Positions 29,828-40,947 of a stretch of DNA of 64,000 nt are shown piece by piece. Position 1 is the stretch's first letter; each line of letters begins with the position of its first letter. Under the pieces are notes generated by a model. That model was given only the letters and a program-made list of their open reading frames with translations. It had not been told where the DNA came from and did no database searches. The stretch spans positions 203,234 through 267,233 of the forward strand of contig MQUF01000006.1 in the NCBI GenBank assembly GCA_001914235.1, read 5' to 3'. This DNA comes from Desulfobulbaceae bacterium DB1 (GTDB taxonomy: Bacteria; Desulfobacterota; Desulfobulbia; Desulfobulbales; SURF-16). Both the position numbers and the translations under genes were made by a program.

Positions 29828-30610
29828 TCAGACCAATCTCTCCAATGCCGCAAAACTTTCTTCAACCCCGTTTTCATGGTGCGGTTCCATGGTGAGAATG
29901 GGAGAAAGTCCTCGTTGGTTGAGATAGGTGAATAATCCGTTGAAGTCAAATATGCCTTGCCCGATGGCCAGATGCGCGTCATGATCTCCATGGTTGTCAT
30001 GGAGATGGAGTTGGCCGAGCCACGGCTCAAGTTCCGGCAACCAGTCCTGCCAGCGGTTTTCGGCAAAGGCAAGCACATGCCCGACGTCGAGGCAGAAACG
30101 GGCTCGCGGTGAATCAAGGGCCTGGAGCATTTTCTTGTGCTGAGCCGGATTTGTTTCATAGGTGTTTTCCAGCATGAGCGGCGTGTCATGTTCCGTTGCC
30201 AGGGCGAGAAGTTCGCGCCACCCCTCAAGGGAATAGCGGAACCACTCTTTTTCCTTGTACCCGTGCTTGTTTTTTTCAAAGCCGAGATGGCAGACAATGG
30301 ATCGGGGTTGAAATACCGGGATCAGGTCAAATGTCCTGCGGATCTTGTCGCGGCTGACTTTGCGGATATACGGGTCGAGAGCACCGACGGACAGTTCAAA
30401 AAAAGGCGCGTGCAGGGTGCATCCAAGGTTGTGGGCGGCAAGCTGCCGTGCAACCTGGATAAAATCTTCCTTGTTCCCGTTGTATAAAACGTCGCCTTCA
30501 AGTCCGATTTCCGGTTGCAATCCCTCGGAAAGAAACCGATCAAGGTTTGCCTTGAGATAGGCGAAGGGGGCATTGACAAAGCAACGCGATTTGAGATGCG
30601 GCAGCGACAT
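29828..30610 (-). CDS. sugar phosphate isomerase/epimerase (AP-endonuclease-2-like TIM barrel)
   Basis: LGCTLHAPFFELSVGALD, IVCHLGFE, MLENTYETNPAQHKKML, FCLDVGHVLAFA, LHLHDNHGDHDAHLAIGQGIFDF. Confidence 0.85.
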   Translation of the reverse strand: MSLPHLKSRCFVNAPFAYLKANLDRFLSEGLQPEIGLEGDVLYNGNKEDFIQVARQLAAHNLGCTLHAPFFELSVGALDPYIRKVSRDKIRRTFDLIPVFQPRSIVCHLGFEKNKHGYKEKEWFRYSLEGWRELLALATEHDTPLMLENTYETNPAQHKKMLQALDSPRARFCLDVGHVLAFAENRWQDWLPELEPWLGQLHLHDNHGDHDAHLAIGQGIFDFNGLFTYLNQRGLSPILTMEPHHENGVEESFAALERLV

Positions 30611-30618
30611 GATTCGGT

Positions 30619-30792
30619 TTAATCCTCTTCAAGGGGTTTTGCCTCATCGATCAGCATGATGGGGATGTCGTCCTTTATTTCATAGACAAGCCTGCAGGTG
30701 CGACAGATCAAACCGTTTTCCGTTTTGTTGAGTTCAACCGGGCCCTTGCATTTCGGGCAGGCCAGGATATCGAGCAGTTCTTTTTTGATCAT
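30619..30792 (-). CDS. Trm112-family small zinc protein
   Basis: Manual reading: MIKKELLDILACPKCKGPVELNKTENGLICRTCRLVYEIKDDIPIMLIDEAKPLEED. Only 57 aa, so absent from the ORF track. Confidence 0.9.
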   Translation of the reverse strand: MIKKELLDILACPKCKGPVELNKTENGLICRTCRLVYEIKDDIPIMLIDEAKPLEED

Positions 30793-30839
30793 TGGTTACC
30801 CCTTAAAAAAAATGTGGATGCGTGAGGCCCCTTGCCGAA

Positions 30840-31718
30840 TCATTTTTCCTGATCTGAAAAAAATGTTGCAAGACTGCTGGACAGATCCGGCAGCTGAACT
30901 CCGAAGACACTGTGCACTTTCCGGCAATCCAGAACTGAGTATTTCGGCCGGGGTGCGGCTGTCGGGAACTCTTCACTGGTGATCGGTATAATTTCTCTTA
31001 CTTTAACGGGATGAATTTTTCTTGCAAGATCTAAGATGAGGGTGGCGAATTCATGCCAGGTCACCGCGGTTGCCCCGCAACAGTGATAGGTTCCCCAGCA
31101 GTTCGTTTGTCCTGCGCGGATTTTTTTTGCCATGTTCAGCAGGGCCAGAGCGAGATCGCCGGCAAAGGTGGGACACCCCAGTTGATCATCGACCACTCTT
31201 AGTTCATCTTTTTCCTGCCCCAGGCGCAATATGGTTTTGACAAAGTTGCGGCCATGGATGCCGTAAACCCAGGAGGTGCGGATAATGAGATGGCTCGCCA
31301 GCCGTGCCCGCACCTCCTCTTCCCCGGCTGCCTTGCTCCTGCCGTATATGCCGAGGGGAGCAGTGGGTGATGTTTCCGCATAGGGCCTGCTTGCCCGGCC
31401 GTTAAAAACATAATCAGTGGAGAGATGAATAAGCGGTATGTGCTCCAAGGCGCAGGAGGCAGCGAGCCATGCCGGCCCATCCCTGTTTACCGACCAGGCC
31501 ATTTCCTCTTCCTCTTCCGCCTTGTCAACCGCCGTATAGGCGCCGCAATTGATCACCAGATCAGGAGAATTTCCCCCAATCTCCCGGAAAACGGCCTGCC
31601 TGTCGGTAATGTCAAGAGCGTTCCGGTCAAAGCCGATGATCCGGCAACCATGGAGGGGGCCTTTCCGCAGCAGTTCCCAGCCGACTTGGCCGTTTATGCC
31701 GGTTACAAGAATTTTCAT
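30840..31718 (-). CDS. rfbD: dTDP-4-dehydrorhamnose reductase
   Basis: MKILVTGINGQVGWELL, INCGAYTAVDKAE, LSTDYVFNG, YGRSKAAGEEEV. Confidence 0.95.
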   Translation of the reverse strand: MKILVTGINGQVGWELLRKGPLHGCRIIGFDRNALDITDRQAVFREIGGNSPDLVINCGAYTAVDKAEEEEEMAWSVNRDGPAWLAASCALEHIPLIHLSTDYVFNGRASRPYAETSPTAPLGIYGRSKAAGEEEVRARLASHLIIRTSWVYGIHGRNFVKTILRLGQEKDELRVVDDQLGCPTFAGDLALALLNMAKKIRAGQTNCWGTYHCCGATAVTWHEFATLILDLARKIHPVKVREIIPITSEEFPTAAPRPKYSVLDCRKVHSVFGVQLPDLSSSLATFFSDQEK

Positions 31719-31722
31719 GGGT

Positions 31723-32280
31723 TCATCCGGGATAGCGGGGCAGATTTCCGGGGAAAATATCCTGCAGAACGGGGAATTGCTGATCCTTGGACGAGAGCAG
31801 GAAATTGTCGCCCGGCCAGCTGATGGCAAGTTGGGGATCGGAAAAGATGATGCCTCCCTCACAGTCGGGAAAATAAAAATCACTGCATTTATAGACAAAA
31901 GAGGCGGTATCGCTCAACACGACAAAGCCATGGGCAAACCCAGGCGGGATGAAGATCTGTCTTTTGTTTGCGGCAGAGAGTTCGACCCCTATCCATTTGC
32001 CGAAGGTTGGCGAGCCGATCCTGATATCAACCGCCACGTCAAACACCGCTCCCTGGGCAACATGGACGAGTTTTGCCTGGCCATGGGGGTGCTGGTAGTG
32101 CAGACCGCGCAGGCTGTTTTTTCTGGAAAAGGAGAAATTGTCCTGCACGAATGCAACCGTGATGCCTGCTTTCTCATATTTCTCCTTGTGATAGGTTTCC
32201 ATGAAAAAACCGCGGTTATCCTCAAACACACGGGGTTCAAGTATTACCACGCCGGAAAGTTCCGTTTCAATCACGTGCAT
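31723..32280 (-). CDS. rfbC: dTDP-4-dehydrorhamnose 3,5-epimerase
   Basis: [77 protein letters not shown]. Confidence 0.97.
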   Translation of the reverse strand: MHVIETELSGVVILEPRVFEDNRGFFMETYHKEKYEKAGITVAFVQDNFSFSRKNSLRGLHYQHPHGQAKLVHVAQGAVFDVAVDIRIGSPTFGKWIGVELSAANKRQIFIPPGFAHGFVVLSDTASFVYKCSDFYFPDCEGGIIFSDPQLAISWPGDNFLLSSKDQQFPVLQDIFPGNLPRYPG

Positions 32281-33154
32281 AAAGGATTTCCTCTTGAATG
32301 AGTTTCATCAGGTACTGGCCATAATTATTTTTCATCAAGGGGAGCGCCAGTTTTTCAAGTTGCGTATTGTCAATATATTTCATGAGATAGGCGATTTCTT
32401 CGATACAGGCTATCTTGAGCCCCTGTCTTTTTTCAATAACCTCAATAAATCTTGAAGACTGAAGCAGGGAATCATGGGTGCCGGTATCAAGCCAGGCGAT
32501 GCCGCGGCCTAATTTTTCAACATGAAGCACCCCCATTTCCAGATAGGCGCGGTTGATGTCGGTAATTTCCAGTTCGCCCCGTTGTGATGGTTTGATTTGC
32601 GCCGCGATATCCGCTACCCGATTGTCATAGAAGTAAAGTCCGGTGACTGCGTAATTTGATTTCGGCACAACAGGTTTCTCCTCAATATCAATAACCCGCC
32701 CTTCCTTGCCGAAGGTGATAACCCCATAGCGCTGCGGATCACTCACCTGATAGCCGAAGATCGTTGCCCCTTGGGTCCGGGCCGACGCCCTGTGAAGTTT
32801 CTCAGGCAATCCATGCCCGTAAAAGAGATTGTCGCCGAGGATCATGCAGACGTTCTCGTTGTCGATAAAGTCCCGCCCCAGGATGAATGCCTGGGCCAGG
32901 CCCTCTGGTTTCGGCTGCTCAACATAAGAAAAGGTGAGACCCCACTGTGAACCGTCGCCGAGAAGTTCCTGAAAGCGGGGAAGATCCATGGGTGTTGAAA
33001 TAATGAGAATATCCCTGATTCCGGCCAGCATGAGAACGGAAAGGGGGTAATAGATCATCGGTTTGTCATAGACAGGCAGGAGCTGTTTGCTGACTACCTG
33101 GGTGATGGGATACAGGCGGGTGCCTGACCCGCCGGCAAGAATAATTCCTTTCAT
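32267..33154 (-). CDS. rfbA: glucose-1-phosphate thymidylyltransferase
   Basis: [53 protein letters not shown]. Confidence 0.97.
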   Translation of the reverse strand: MKGIILAGGSGTRLYPITQVVSKQLLPVYDKPMIYYPLSVLMLAGIRDILIISTPMDLPRFQELLGDGSQWGLTFSYVEQPKPEGLAQAFILGRDFIDNENVCMILGDNLFYGHGLPEKLHRASARTQGATIFGYQVSDPQRYGVITFGKEGRVIDIEEKPVVPKSNYAVTGLYFYDNRVADIAAQIKPSQRGELEITDINRAYLEMGVLHVEKLGRGIAWLDTGTHDSLLQSSRFIEVIEKRQGLKIACIEEIAYLMKYIDNTQLEKLALPLMKNNYGQYLMKLIQEEILYARD

Positions 33155-33155
33155 T

Positions 33156-34238
33156 TTACCTCTTTTCGTAGTTGAGTTCCAGCCATTGGCGATATGCCCC
33201 GGAGCGGACGGAGTCGACCCATGCCATATTGGCCAGATACCAGTCAACGGTTTCGTTCACGGCCTCTTCAAAGGTGGATATCGGCATCCAGCCCAGTTCT
33301 TTGCTTATTTTTGTTGCGTCAATGGCATAGCGGAAGTCATGGCCCGGGCGGTCTTTGACAAAGGTGATAAGCGACTCTGAGACGCCCGCGGATCTTCCCA
33401 GCTTGTCGTCCATGATTCTACACAGCAGGCGGACGATGTCAAGATTTGAGCGTTCAGCCCCGCCGCCGATATTGTAAGATTGTCCCGCTGTTCCGTCCTC
33501 AAAGACACGGAGCAGGGCTGCGCAGTGGTCAAGTACATAAAGCCAGTCCCGGACATTGCTGCCGTCACCGTATACCGGCAACGGTTTTCCCGTCAGAATA
33601 TTGCATAGTATGAGCGGAATAAGTTTTTCAGGAAACTGAAAGGGACCGAAATTATTGGAGCAGTTGGTGATGACAAAAGGCAGGCCATATGTTTTCCCGT
33701 AAGCCCGGACAAAATGATCCGAAGCGGCCTTGGATGCGGAATACGGGCTGGAGGGGTCATAGGGGCTCTTTTCGGTGAAAGCGCCAACCGGACCCAGGCT
33801 GCCGTATACCTCATCGGTGGAAACATGATGGAAACGAAAATCCGCAGGTCTGCCACGTCTGTCCCAGGAATTAAGGCTTGCCTGCAACAGGGCGCAGGTG
33901 CCTCCGACGTTGGTGTCAACAAAGACTTTCGGCCCCTGAATTGAACGGTCAACGTGTGATTCCGCCGCAAAATGAATAACACCCTTTAATGGATATTTGT
34001 TGAAGAGTCCGGCAAGCAGATCTGCATCACGGATATCGCCGTGGATAAAGGTATGGCGATTGCGGTGTTCCACCGGCAGGCCGGCGAGACTGGTCAGGTT
34101 TCCGGCATAGGTCAGGGCATCGAGATTAATTACCCGCAGATCAGGCCGATTTTTGAGAATGAAGTGGATGAAGTTGGCGCCGATGAAACCGGCGCCGCCC
34201 GTCACCAGGATATTTTCTGTAGTAATCTGATTATTCAT
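33156..34238 (-). CDS. rfbB: dTDP-glucose 4,6-dehydratase
   Basis: [75 protein letters not shown]. Confidence 0.97.
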   Translation of the reverse strand: MNNQITTENILVTGGAGFIGANFIHFILKNRPDLRVINLDALTYAGNLTSLAGLPVEHRNRHTFIHGDIRDADLLAGLFNKYPLKGVIHFAAESHVDRSIQGPKVFVDTNVGGTCALLQASLNSWDRRGRPADFRFHHVSTDEVYGSLGPVGAFTEKSPYDPSSPYSASKAASDHFVRAYGKTYGLPFVITNCSNNFGPFQFPEKLIPLILCNILTGKPLPVYGDGSNVRDWLYVLDHCAALLRVFEDGTAGQSYNIGGGAERSNLDIVRLLCRIMDDKLGRSAGVSESLITFVKDRPGHDFRYAIDATKISKELGWMPISTFEEAVNETVDWYLANMAWVDSVRSGAYRQWLELNYEKR

Positions 34239-34662
34239 CTTTTTTCATAAATTAGAGGGTATTGGCAAGGATGAGTTAAAATAAAATCCCAAGTATACAA
34301 TATTCTTTTTTCATACTTGACGGGTATAGGGTATTTTGATAGCATAAATAGTTTTTCGTTAGCTGATCGCCAGCCGGCGCCGGAAAGAAAGAATTTACAT
34401 AGTATACCGTATTCAAGATGACCGAAAAAACCGTATTTGCAATGAGCAGGAATAACAATTTCAGGGGATTGGGGGGCATATGCCCGTTTCACCGCGGAAA
34501 ATTCAACAACGGGAGATTGGTATTTTATTTTTTCGTATGAGGTCATTCTTATTTCCATCATCAAGTACCTGAACTCTTCCATTTTTTCAACCCCTATGAT
34601 TTCCTTTTTTTGCAACGCTGTATCGATCTTTTTTACGGAAAACAAACAACAAATTACTCTCA

Positions 34663-35808
34663 GTGAATATGAAACTGGCCTTCCTTATCAATAATTATTA
34701 TCCATATGGCGGGTTGGAAAAAAATTTTTTGCGTATCGCCCGGGCCTGCCTTGATAGAGGGCATACCGTCACCGTCTTCACCATGTCCTGGCAGGGAGAA
34801 AAACCGGAAGGCCTTGCAGTAGTTCTCGTGAAAGTTCGTGGCCTGACAAATCACGGTCGCTCTCAAGCTTTTGCGTGGCAACTCAGCAAACATCATTATA
34901 CCGCCGGCTTTGACCTGATAGTGGGTTTTAACCGCTTGCCCGGACTGGATCTCTATTACGCGGCGGATGTCTGCTACGTGCTTGATATTGTCCGGCGGCG
35001 CGGCTTTTGGGCGCGACTCACGGCTAGGTATCGCACCTATGCCGGCTTTGAGAAGGCGGTTTTTGCTAAGAAATCAGCAGCCTGCATCATGTATCTCTCT
35101 GAAGCGGAAAAGAACAATTATATAAGTGTCTACAACACCCCGAAAGAGCGCTTTCACTATCTGCCACCCGGCATTGACCGGGAGCGGATTCGGGCCGAGC
35201 TGCGTCCCGAAATCCGCAGGCAGACCAGAGAAGAGTGCGGGGTGGGGGACGGGCAGTTCATGCTGGTTATGATCGGTTCGGATTTTGTCCGTAAGGGGGT
35301 GGCCCGGGCCATTGTTGCCCTGGCTGCCCTGCCGCGGGAAGTGCGGGCGCAAACCCGCCTCTTTGTCATCGGCAAGGGGGACGCCAAGAAAATGGAACGT
35401 CTGGCAGCCCGGGCCGGCGTCAGGGACCGGGTGCATTTTCTTGGGGCGCGGCCCGACGTCCCCCGTTTTTTGGCCGGGGCTGATCTGTTGATGCACCCGG
35501 CGGTGACGGAAAATACCGGAAATGCCATTCTAGAAGCCATGGTGGCCGGGCTGCCGGTTCTGGCTACGGAAATCTGCGGCTACTCCTTTCATGTCACCAG
35601 GGCGAATGCCGGCTGTCTGGTTCCGGAACCATTCACGCAGCAGGAGATGAACAGGGTTCTTGGCGCTATGCTCAGCCCTGCTGAGTTGAAAATTTGGGGA
35701 GAAAACGCTTATGCCTACGCGGACCGGGAGGATCTGTACAGCCGACCCCAGGCGGCGGTGAGAATCATCGAAGAGACGGCGGCACGTAGAAAAGGTGGGG
35801 TGCGTTGA
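34663..35808 (+). CDS. glycosyltransferase family 4, WaaG-like LPS core glucosyltransferase
   Basis: KLAFLINNYYPYGGLEKNFLRIARACLDRGHTVTVFTMSW, YYAADVCY, RFHYLPPGIDRERI, LGARPDVPRFLAGADLLMHPAVTENTGNAILEAMVAGLPV. Confidence 0.9.
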   Translation: MNMKLAFLINNYYPYGGLEKNFLRIARACLDRGHTVTVFTMSWQGEKPEGLAVVLVKVRGLTNHGRSQAFAWQLSKHHYTAGFDLIVGFNRLPGLDLYYAADVCYVLDIVRRRGFWARLTARYRTYAGFEKAVFAKKSAACIMYLSEAEKNNYISVYNTPKERFHYLPPGIDRERIRAELRPEIRRQTREECGVGDGQFMLVMIGSDFVRKGVARAIVALAALPREVRAQTRLFVIGKGDAKKMERLAARAGVRDRVHFLGARPDVPRFLAGADLLMHPAVTENTGNAILEAMVAGLPVLATEICGYSFHVTRANAGCLVPEPFTQQEMNRVLGAMLSPAELKIWGENAYAYADREDLYSRPQAAVRIIEETAARRKGGVR

Positions 35809-36698
35809 TGCAAGATCTGGCCGCCCCTGTTGACATTGTCGAATACCTGGGCCATGATCCCGGCTCGTCCTGGCGGCTTGTCATCAACGTCCTGTATCAG
35901 CAGCAGCTGCAAAGCGCCGGTTTGCGCACCTTTGAAGACTTTTATGATCTGCACCTTGGCACGCTCATTAAAAAAATTAAGGAGCGCTCAGTCTACCGCT
36001 GTGAAATCGCAGGCACGGTCTTTTTTTTGAAAAGGCATGACCGGGAACAACAACAGAAAAAAGGACTCCGGCCATCCTCCTCCCTTGTCTGGCAATCGGA
36101 GGGCGGCAAGGAGTTTGTCTATTTTTATGATTTCCGCAGGCATGGCCTGGCCACGGCAGTGCCTGTGGCCATGGGGGAGAGGGTGTATGAGAACGGCACC
36201 GTGGACTCTTTTTTTCTGACCGAGGATTTTTCTCCCTATGTGCAGCTGGAAGAGCTGATCCGCAATCAGCCGGACCGGCTGGCCGGCCTGCAGCACACAC
36301 TGTTGCGAAAGAATATTCTGCGGGGTGTGGCAGGGTACGCCGGAAAAATGCATGCCAGCGGCTACAACCATCTTGATTTCAACGCCACCCATGTCCTGCT
36401 GGCTAATATTGACAGCGGCGCGCCGGACATAGCTCTTTTTGATCTGCAGAGAATCGACAGAAACACCCTGGGCCGCTTCCGCTGGCCGGTCAAGGCCCTG
36501 GCCGAGTTCAATTACAGCAGCAGGGAAAATGCCATCTTCTCCGACAGCGAGCGTTTTTTGCTTTTTCAGGTTTATCTTGCCAAAGAGGGGCAGTCTCTTA
36601 ACCTGCTTGAGCGGCTGACCTGGCGCTGGATTCGCTCCAAAACGGAGCGCATAGCACGCCATGCGGACAGACGCAGGGCAAGAAAAAAAGTTGGGTGA
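35805..36698 (+). CDS. lipopolysaccharide core heptose kinase, WaaP/RfaP-like
   Basis: VYRCEIAGTVFFLKRHDR, FFLTEDFSPYVQLEELI, MHASGYNHLDFNATHVLLANIDSGAPDIALFDLQRI. Confidence 0.85.
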   Translation: MMQDLAAPVDIVEYLGHDPGSSWRLVINVLYQQQLQSAGLRTFEDFYDLHLGTLIKKIKERSVYRCEIAGTVFFLKRHDREQQQKKGLRPSSSLVWQSEGGKEFVYFYDFRRHGLATAVPVAMGERVYENGTVDSFFLTEDFSPYVQLEELIRNQPDRLAGLQHTLLRKNILRGVAGYAGKMHASGYNHLDFNATHVLLANIDSGAPDIALFDLQRIDRNTLGRFRWPVKALAEFNYSSRENAIFSDSERFLLFQVYLAKEGQSLNLLERLTWRWIRSKTERIARHADRRRARKKVG

Positions 36699-36808
36699 CA
36701 GCGCTCTTCTTTGCTCATCCCGGTAAACTCCTTCTTGCAATTAAAAGGCATCTCATTTACTATCCCGTGTTTGTTTCTCTTACTTTCTGGGTTTTCTGAT
36801 ATTTTATT

Positions 36809-38560
36809 ATGAATAAATCATCTCTTACACAGCTGTTTCAAAGAAAGGTCTGGCGTTTTGTCAGCCCTTATGCCGGATCGGTGCTGCTGGCGGTTGTCTT
36901 CAGTCTGATCTCATCAGGCGCCAGCGGCGGCATCGCCTGGATGGTAAAACCGGTTATTGACTCGATCTTTGTTGAGAAAAAATATGCCGTGCTTACCTGG
37001 CTCCCCCTGGCCATCATCTTTCTTTATTCCCTCAGGGGCGGGAGTCAGATGGTCTATTCACTCATGATGCGTTCTGCCTCGCTGAAGATGGTTAGGGATT
37101 TAAGGATTAGAACATACAGCCACCTGCTCAGGTTGCCACTCTCTGTTTTCGGTTCCGAGACTTCGGGTAGAATCATTTCCAGAGTGATTTATGATATCAG
37201 CATGTTACAGTCTTTGGTTTCGGACACCCTCCTTACCTTTTTCAAGGAAGGACCGACCGTTATTGTCATGCTCGTAGTTGCTTTTTACCGGAAATGGGAT
37301 GTTGCCCTGTTGGCACTCGTTGTTTTGCCGGGAATGATCCGCTTGACGCACCGTTTCGGCACTAAGGTGAAGAGGCAGAAGGGCAAAGCCCAGCAGACTC
37401 TCTCCACCATCACTCATCAAGTCGGTGAAAGTGTAACCGGGTTGCGGGTGGTGAAAATTTTTATCAATGAAGAAAGTTTTGTCAGCCGTTTCATGAATGA
37501 GTGTTTGAAACATTACGGACAGGAATATAAAATCATCCGTCTCAAGGAAATGATCAAATTCCTCAGTGACGTGGCCAGCGGCGTAGGTGTAGGTTTGGTG
37601 GTATGGTATGGTGGTCTGCTTGTTGTGAAAGGGGTGATCACAAGTGGAGATCTTTTTTCTTCTCTGGGTGCGATCATCATGGTGCTTTCCCCCATGAAAA
37701 AAATCGGGGATTCTTATACCATTCTTCAGGAGACAGTGGCGGCTATTGATCGTTTGGAGTGGTTGGAACAGCTTCCAGAGGAAAAGAGTGGAACGGTTCG
37801 TGTCGACTCCTTTCAAAAGGAGATATGTTTCGAGAATGTCTCCCATCGTCATAATGGCAATGATGAATACGCCTTGCAGAATATCGATCTCAAGATACAC
37901 AAGGGTGAAATATTGGCCATTGTCGGGGCAAGCGGCGCCGGGAAAAGTACATTGATTGATTTAATTCCTCGGTATTTTGACCCATCTGAAGGCACAGTGT
38001 TTTTTGATGGTCATGATATACGGACGATTGATCTTGCCGATTTACGCGGGCTTATCGGGTTGGTGAGTCAAGATGTTATTCTCTTTAACGGATCAATCCG
38101 GGAAAATATGGCGTTCGGAAAACCTGATGTTACCGATGCTGATATTGAAAAGGCCTCGAAGCTCGCCAATATTTATGATGTCATCATGGAGCTTCCTGAT
38201 GGTTTCGAAACCGTACTTGGTGAAAGAGGTTTAAATCTTTCCGGTGGCCAGCGGCAACGCATCGCTATAGCCCGGGCAATATGCAAGAATTCACCGATTC
38301 TCATTCTCGATGAGGCAACATCGGCGCTGGACAGGGTTAATGAACAGTTGGTTCAAAATTCGCTGGAAAAATTAATGAAAGGCAGAACGACGATTGTTGT
38401 TGCCCATCGTCTTTCCACCATTCGCAATGCTGACAGAATCCTGGTGATGGATCATGGAAAAATAGTTGCTTCCGGCAGCCATAATCACCTGATGGAGAAT
38501 TCTCCCGCCTACAAACAACTCTACCACACGATGAATGTTCAGGAGATGGAAAGCGTCTGA
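36809..38560 (+). CDS. msbA: lipid A export ABC transporter, MsbA-like
   Basis: Six-TM ABC exporter; LAIVGASGAGKSTLIDLIPRYFDPSEG, GLVSQDVILFNGSIRENMAFG, LSGGQRQRIAIARAICKNSPILILDEATSALD. Confidence 0.9.
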   Translation: MNKSSLTQLFQRKVWRFVSPYAGSVLLAVVFSLISSGASGGIAWMVKPVIDSIFVEKKYAVLTWLPLAIIFLYSLRGGSQMVYSLMMRSASLKMVRDLRIRTYSHLLRLPLSVFGSETSGRIISRVIYDISMLQSLVSDTLLTFFKEGPTVIVMLVVAFYRKWDVALLALVVLPGMIRLTHRFGTKVKRQKGKAQQTLSTITHQVGESVTGLRVVKIFINEESFVSRFMNECLKHYGQEYKIIRLKEMIKFLSDVASGVGVGLVVWYGGLLVVKGVITSGDLFSSLGAIIMVLSPMKKIGDSYTILQETVAAIDRLEWLEQLPEEKSGTVRVDSFQKEICFENVSHRHNGNDEYALQNIDLKIHKGEILAIVGASGAGKSTLIDLIPRYFDPSEGTVFFDGHDIRTIDLADLRGLIGLVSQDVILFNGSIRENMAFGKPDVTDADIEKASKLANIYDVIMELPDGFETVLGERGLNLSGGQRQRIAIARAICKNSPILILDEATSALDRVNEQLVQNSLEKLMKGRTTIVVAHRLSTIRNADRILVMDHGKIVASGSHNHLMENSPAYKQLYHTMNVQEMESV

Positions 38561-38580
38561 ATGAAGTAGGGGGAGAATGT

Positions 38581-39480
38581 ATGTCAGGTGTAAGCGATCA
38601 CCAAGACTCAATATGTCTATCTCAGGAATCCATGTATATGTCACTTAAGAAAACATTTTATGCTTTTCGCGAGGGAATAAAAAATTCCTTTTATCGAAAT
38701 AAAAAGATAATTACGGCAAGTAATCCAAAATTTACCCTCCATTTTGATACTTATTATACAGATGATGTCCGGCAATTAATCCGCCTGTGTTCCCGGATCA
38801 GAAGAAACAGGTGGGAGAGAGATCTAATCCAACTCTGTTTTGACCGTATTAAGCCTGATGAAACTGTATTGGAAGTTGGGACATGGATAGGTAACTATTC
38901 AACTTTACTTGGAAAATATATAGTTCCACAGGGGATGGTTTTCGGTTTTGAGCCCGATTCTGTTGCATTCCGTCAGTGTTCCATCAATCTGATTCTCAAT
39001 GATGTTCATAATGTTTTTTTGGAAAGAACTGCCCTTTCGGATTCAATCGGTTTTTTGGATCTGTATACCAATAGAATTTTCGGTAATTCCGGTTCGTCAA
39101 TTTTTGCCACTAACCCGGTAGCAGATGGTGCTGAACACATGAAAATTCAGGTTCCTTGTATCACTCTTGACAGATTTGTTGAAGCATTTCAGATTTCCCC
39201 AACCACTATAAAAATTGATGTTGAAGGAGCTGAAGACTTGGTGATTCATGGAGGGAGAAAAACTCTGCAAAAAAAAGATGTAAAACTTTTTGTGGAAATT
39301 CATACTCCATATCTTCAGTCCAGAGGAAAATCCCCAAGGGATATTTTCCGCCAATTGTCCGATCTCGGCAAAACTATTTATATGGTTGAAGATTTCGACA
39401 ACGCACCTATTAAGAAAGGGAAAATTATCGATCCGGCAACGTCGATCGAAATTCCCAATTTTCATATTTTTGCTGCATAA
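38581..39480 (+). CDS. FkbM-family methyltransferase
   Basis: IKPDETVLEVGTWIGNYSTLLGKYIVPQGMVFGFEPDSVAFRQCSINL, VPCITLDRFVEAF, IKIDVEGAEDLVIHGG. Confidence 0.85.
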   Translation: MSGVSDHQDSICLSQESMYMSLKKTFYAFREGIKNSFYRNKKIITASNPKFTLHFDTYYTDDVRQLIRLCSRIRRNRWERDLIQLCFDRIKPDETVLEVGTWIGNYSTLLGKYIVPQGMVFGFEPDSVAFRQCSINLILNDVHNVFLERTALSDSIGFLDLYTNRIFGNSGSSIFATNPVADGAEHMKIQVPCITLDRFVEAFQISPTTIKIDVEGAEDLVIHGGRKTLQKKDVKLFVEIHTPYLQSRGKSPRDIFRQLSDLGKTIYMVEDFDNAPIKKGKIIDPATSIEIPNFHIFAA

Positions 39481-39563
39481 ATTTGGCGATTTTTCTGATA
39501 AAAAAACATGCAAGGGAAGTTTAAAAAAAATGATAATACTGAATCTTGGCATTTTGAAATAAT

Positions 39564-40859
39564 GTGATGTTACCGCAATTATTTTCCAGGCAGAAAGGAA
39601 AACCACTTTCCATTATTGTGGCGGAGTCATTGGTTTACCTGGGGTTGACTCTTCTTGTTTACGCCATCCCGACGAACCATACCAATACCTTTGAAGGTGC
39701 GGGCGTAATTTTTGTCTTGATTGGTTGTTTTGTTTTAAAATATATAAAAAATGACTGGAAGTTTCGACTGAATCCTCTTCACCCTCCCATTTTTTTGCTA
39801 TTTACAGTTATTCTTTTTTCCATTTTTTCATGTTTTGATCTTTCATATACTTTAAATGAAATAAGAGGTGAGTTCCTAACCTATATTTTTCTTTTTTATG
39901 CCTTGGCAGGTTTTTGTGCTGAGAGGGAAAGGCTTTATCTGGTTTTGGCAATCTTTTTTCTAGGGAACCTGCTGGCGTTGTTTCTTTTTTTCTATCAGTT
40001 TTACGACAATGATTTTATCCAGTTGAAGTTTGTTCGCTCTCTTGCCACTAAAAAACTTTTCAGCAAAGGGTTAACAGAAGTCAGCAGCTATTTTTTGATA
40101 TTTTCCAGCCTTTATTATGCGTCATTGTATTTTGTTTCCGGGAAAAAATATGTTCTGCTTACCTCTATTCTCCTGATATGTAATATTTATATGTTATATT
40201 TATCCTACCAGCGGGCCGGGATAGTTGCGATGGCTGTAGTTCTTTTGGTGCCTTTAATGTTTTATCGGCAGTTCTCGCCTAAACGGATATTTTATATAAT
40301 GTTACCCGTTATGATAGCCTTGGTGTTTTTTGTTATGGTAACTCCGATAAAATCAAAATTTATGGGTAGAAATTGGGAGCCGATTCTTTCGAAACATTTG
40401 GATAAATTTGATCAGAAAGATGCAATTCAGGTACGGTTTCTGCTCTATGAGCATTTCTGGCAGTCCTTCAAGCAGCATCCTTTTGTCGGTTATGGATATG
40501 GCCGATCCAATCTGAAGAAAGTGGACAAGGAAACAGTGAACTCGCGCCCTAATTCTCTAACCCATGGCCACAACACATTTTTCAATTTTACTCTTCAGAC
40601 CGGAGTGCAGGGGCTTGTTGCTTTACTGTTTCTGCTGTTTGTGCAATTCAGTGTTTTTTTTAAAGGAATGAGACTATCTACCTCTCAGTTTGAACGATTT
40701 GTATTTGCCGGCACTCTTTGTCTTATGTGCGGTTTTTGGGCAAGAATGTTGTTTGATGATGTCTATGATTCAGGGATAGCGCTGGCCTACTGGATGGTGA
40801 TGGCAATGGCAGTTGGATTGTATTTAGATGTGAGAAAACAAAAAACATTTTCTGATTAA
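39564..40859 (+). CDS. O-antigen ligase/polymerase family membrane protein
   Basis: Multi-TM with HPFVGYGYGRSN and LTHGHNTFFNFTLQTGVQGLVALLF. Confidence 0.85.
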   Translation: MMLPQLFSRQKGKPLSIIVAESLVYLGLTLLVYAIPTNHTNTFEGAGVIFVLIGCFVLKYIKNDWKFRLNPLHPPIFLLFTVILFSIFSCFDLSYTLNEIRGEFLTYIFLFYALAGFCAERERLYLVLAIFFLGNLLALFLFFYQFYDNDFIQLKFVRSLATKKLFSKGLTEVSSYFLIFSSLYYASLYFVSGKKYVLLTSILLICNIYMLYLSYQRAGIVAMAVVLLVPLMFYRQFSPKRIFYIMLPVMIALVFFVMVTPIKSKFMGRNWEPILSKHLDKFDQKDAIQVRFLLYEHFWQSFKQHPFVGYGYGRSNLKKVDKETVNSRPNSLTHGHNTFFNFTLQTGVQGLVALLFLLFVQFSVFFKGMRLSTSQFERFVFAGTLCLMCGFWARMLFDDVYDSGIALAYWMVMAMAVGLYLDVRKQKTFSD

Positions 40860-40947
40860 ACTTCGTCATCTATTTTTTAACTGCTTCCAGCAAAAAAAGA
40901 TTCTGTCGATGGGAGATTTGCCGGCAGAAGTATGAGCGATTCGTAAC

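Noticed and set aside
29767-30297. 176-aa minus-strand ORF ending in SDQSDHSDHSDHSDQ
   Set aside because: Out-of-frame overlap with the sugar isomerase gene. The repetitive tail is only the 9-bp array translated.
34235-34645. 136-aa minus-strand ORF upstream of rfbB
   Set aside because: No recognisable domain, atypical composition and lies in an AT-rich intergenic region. Not supported enough to call.
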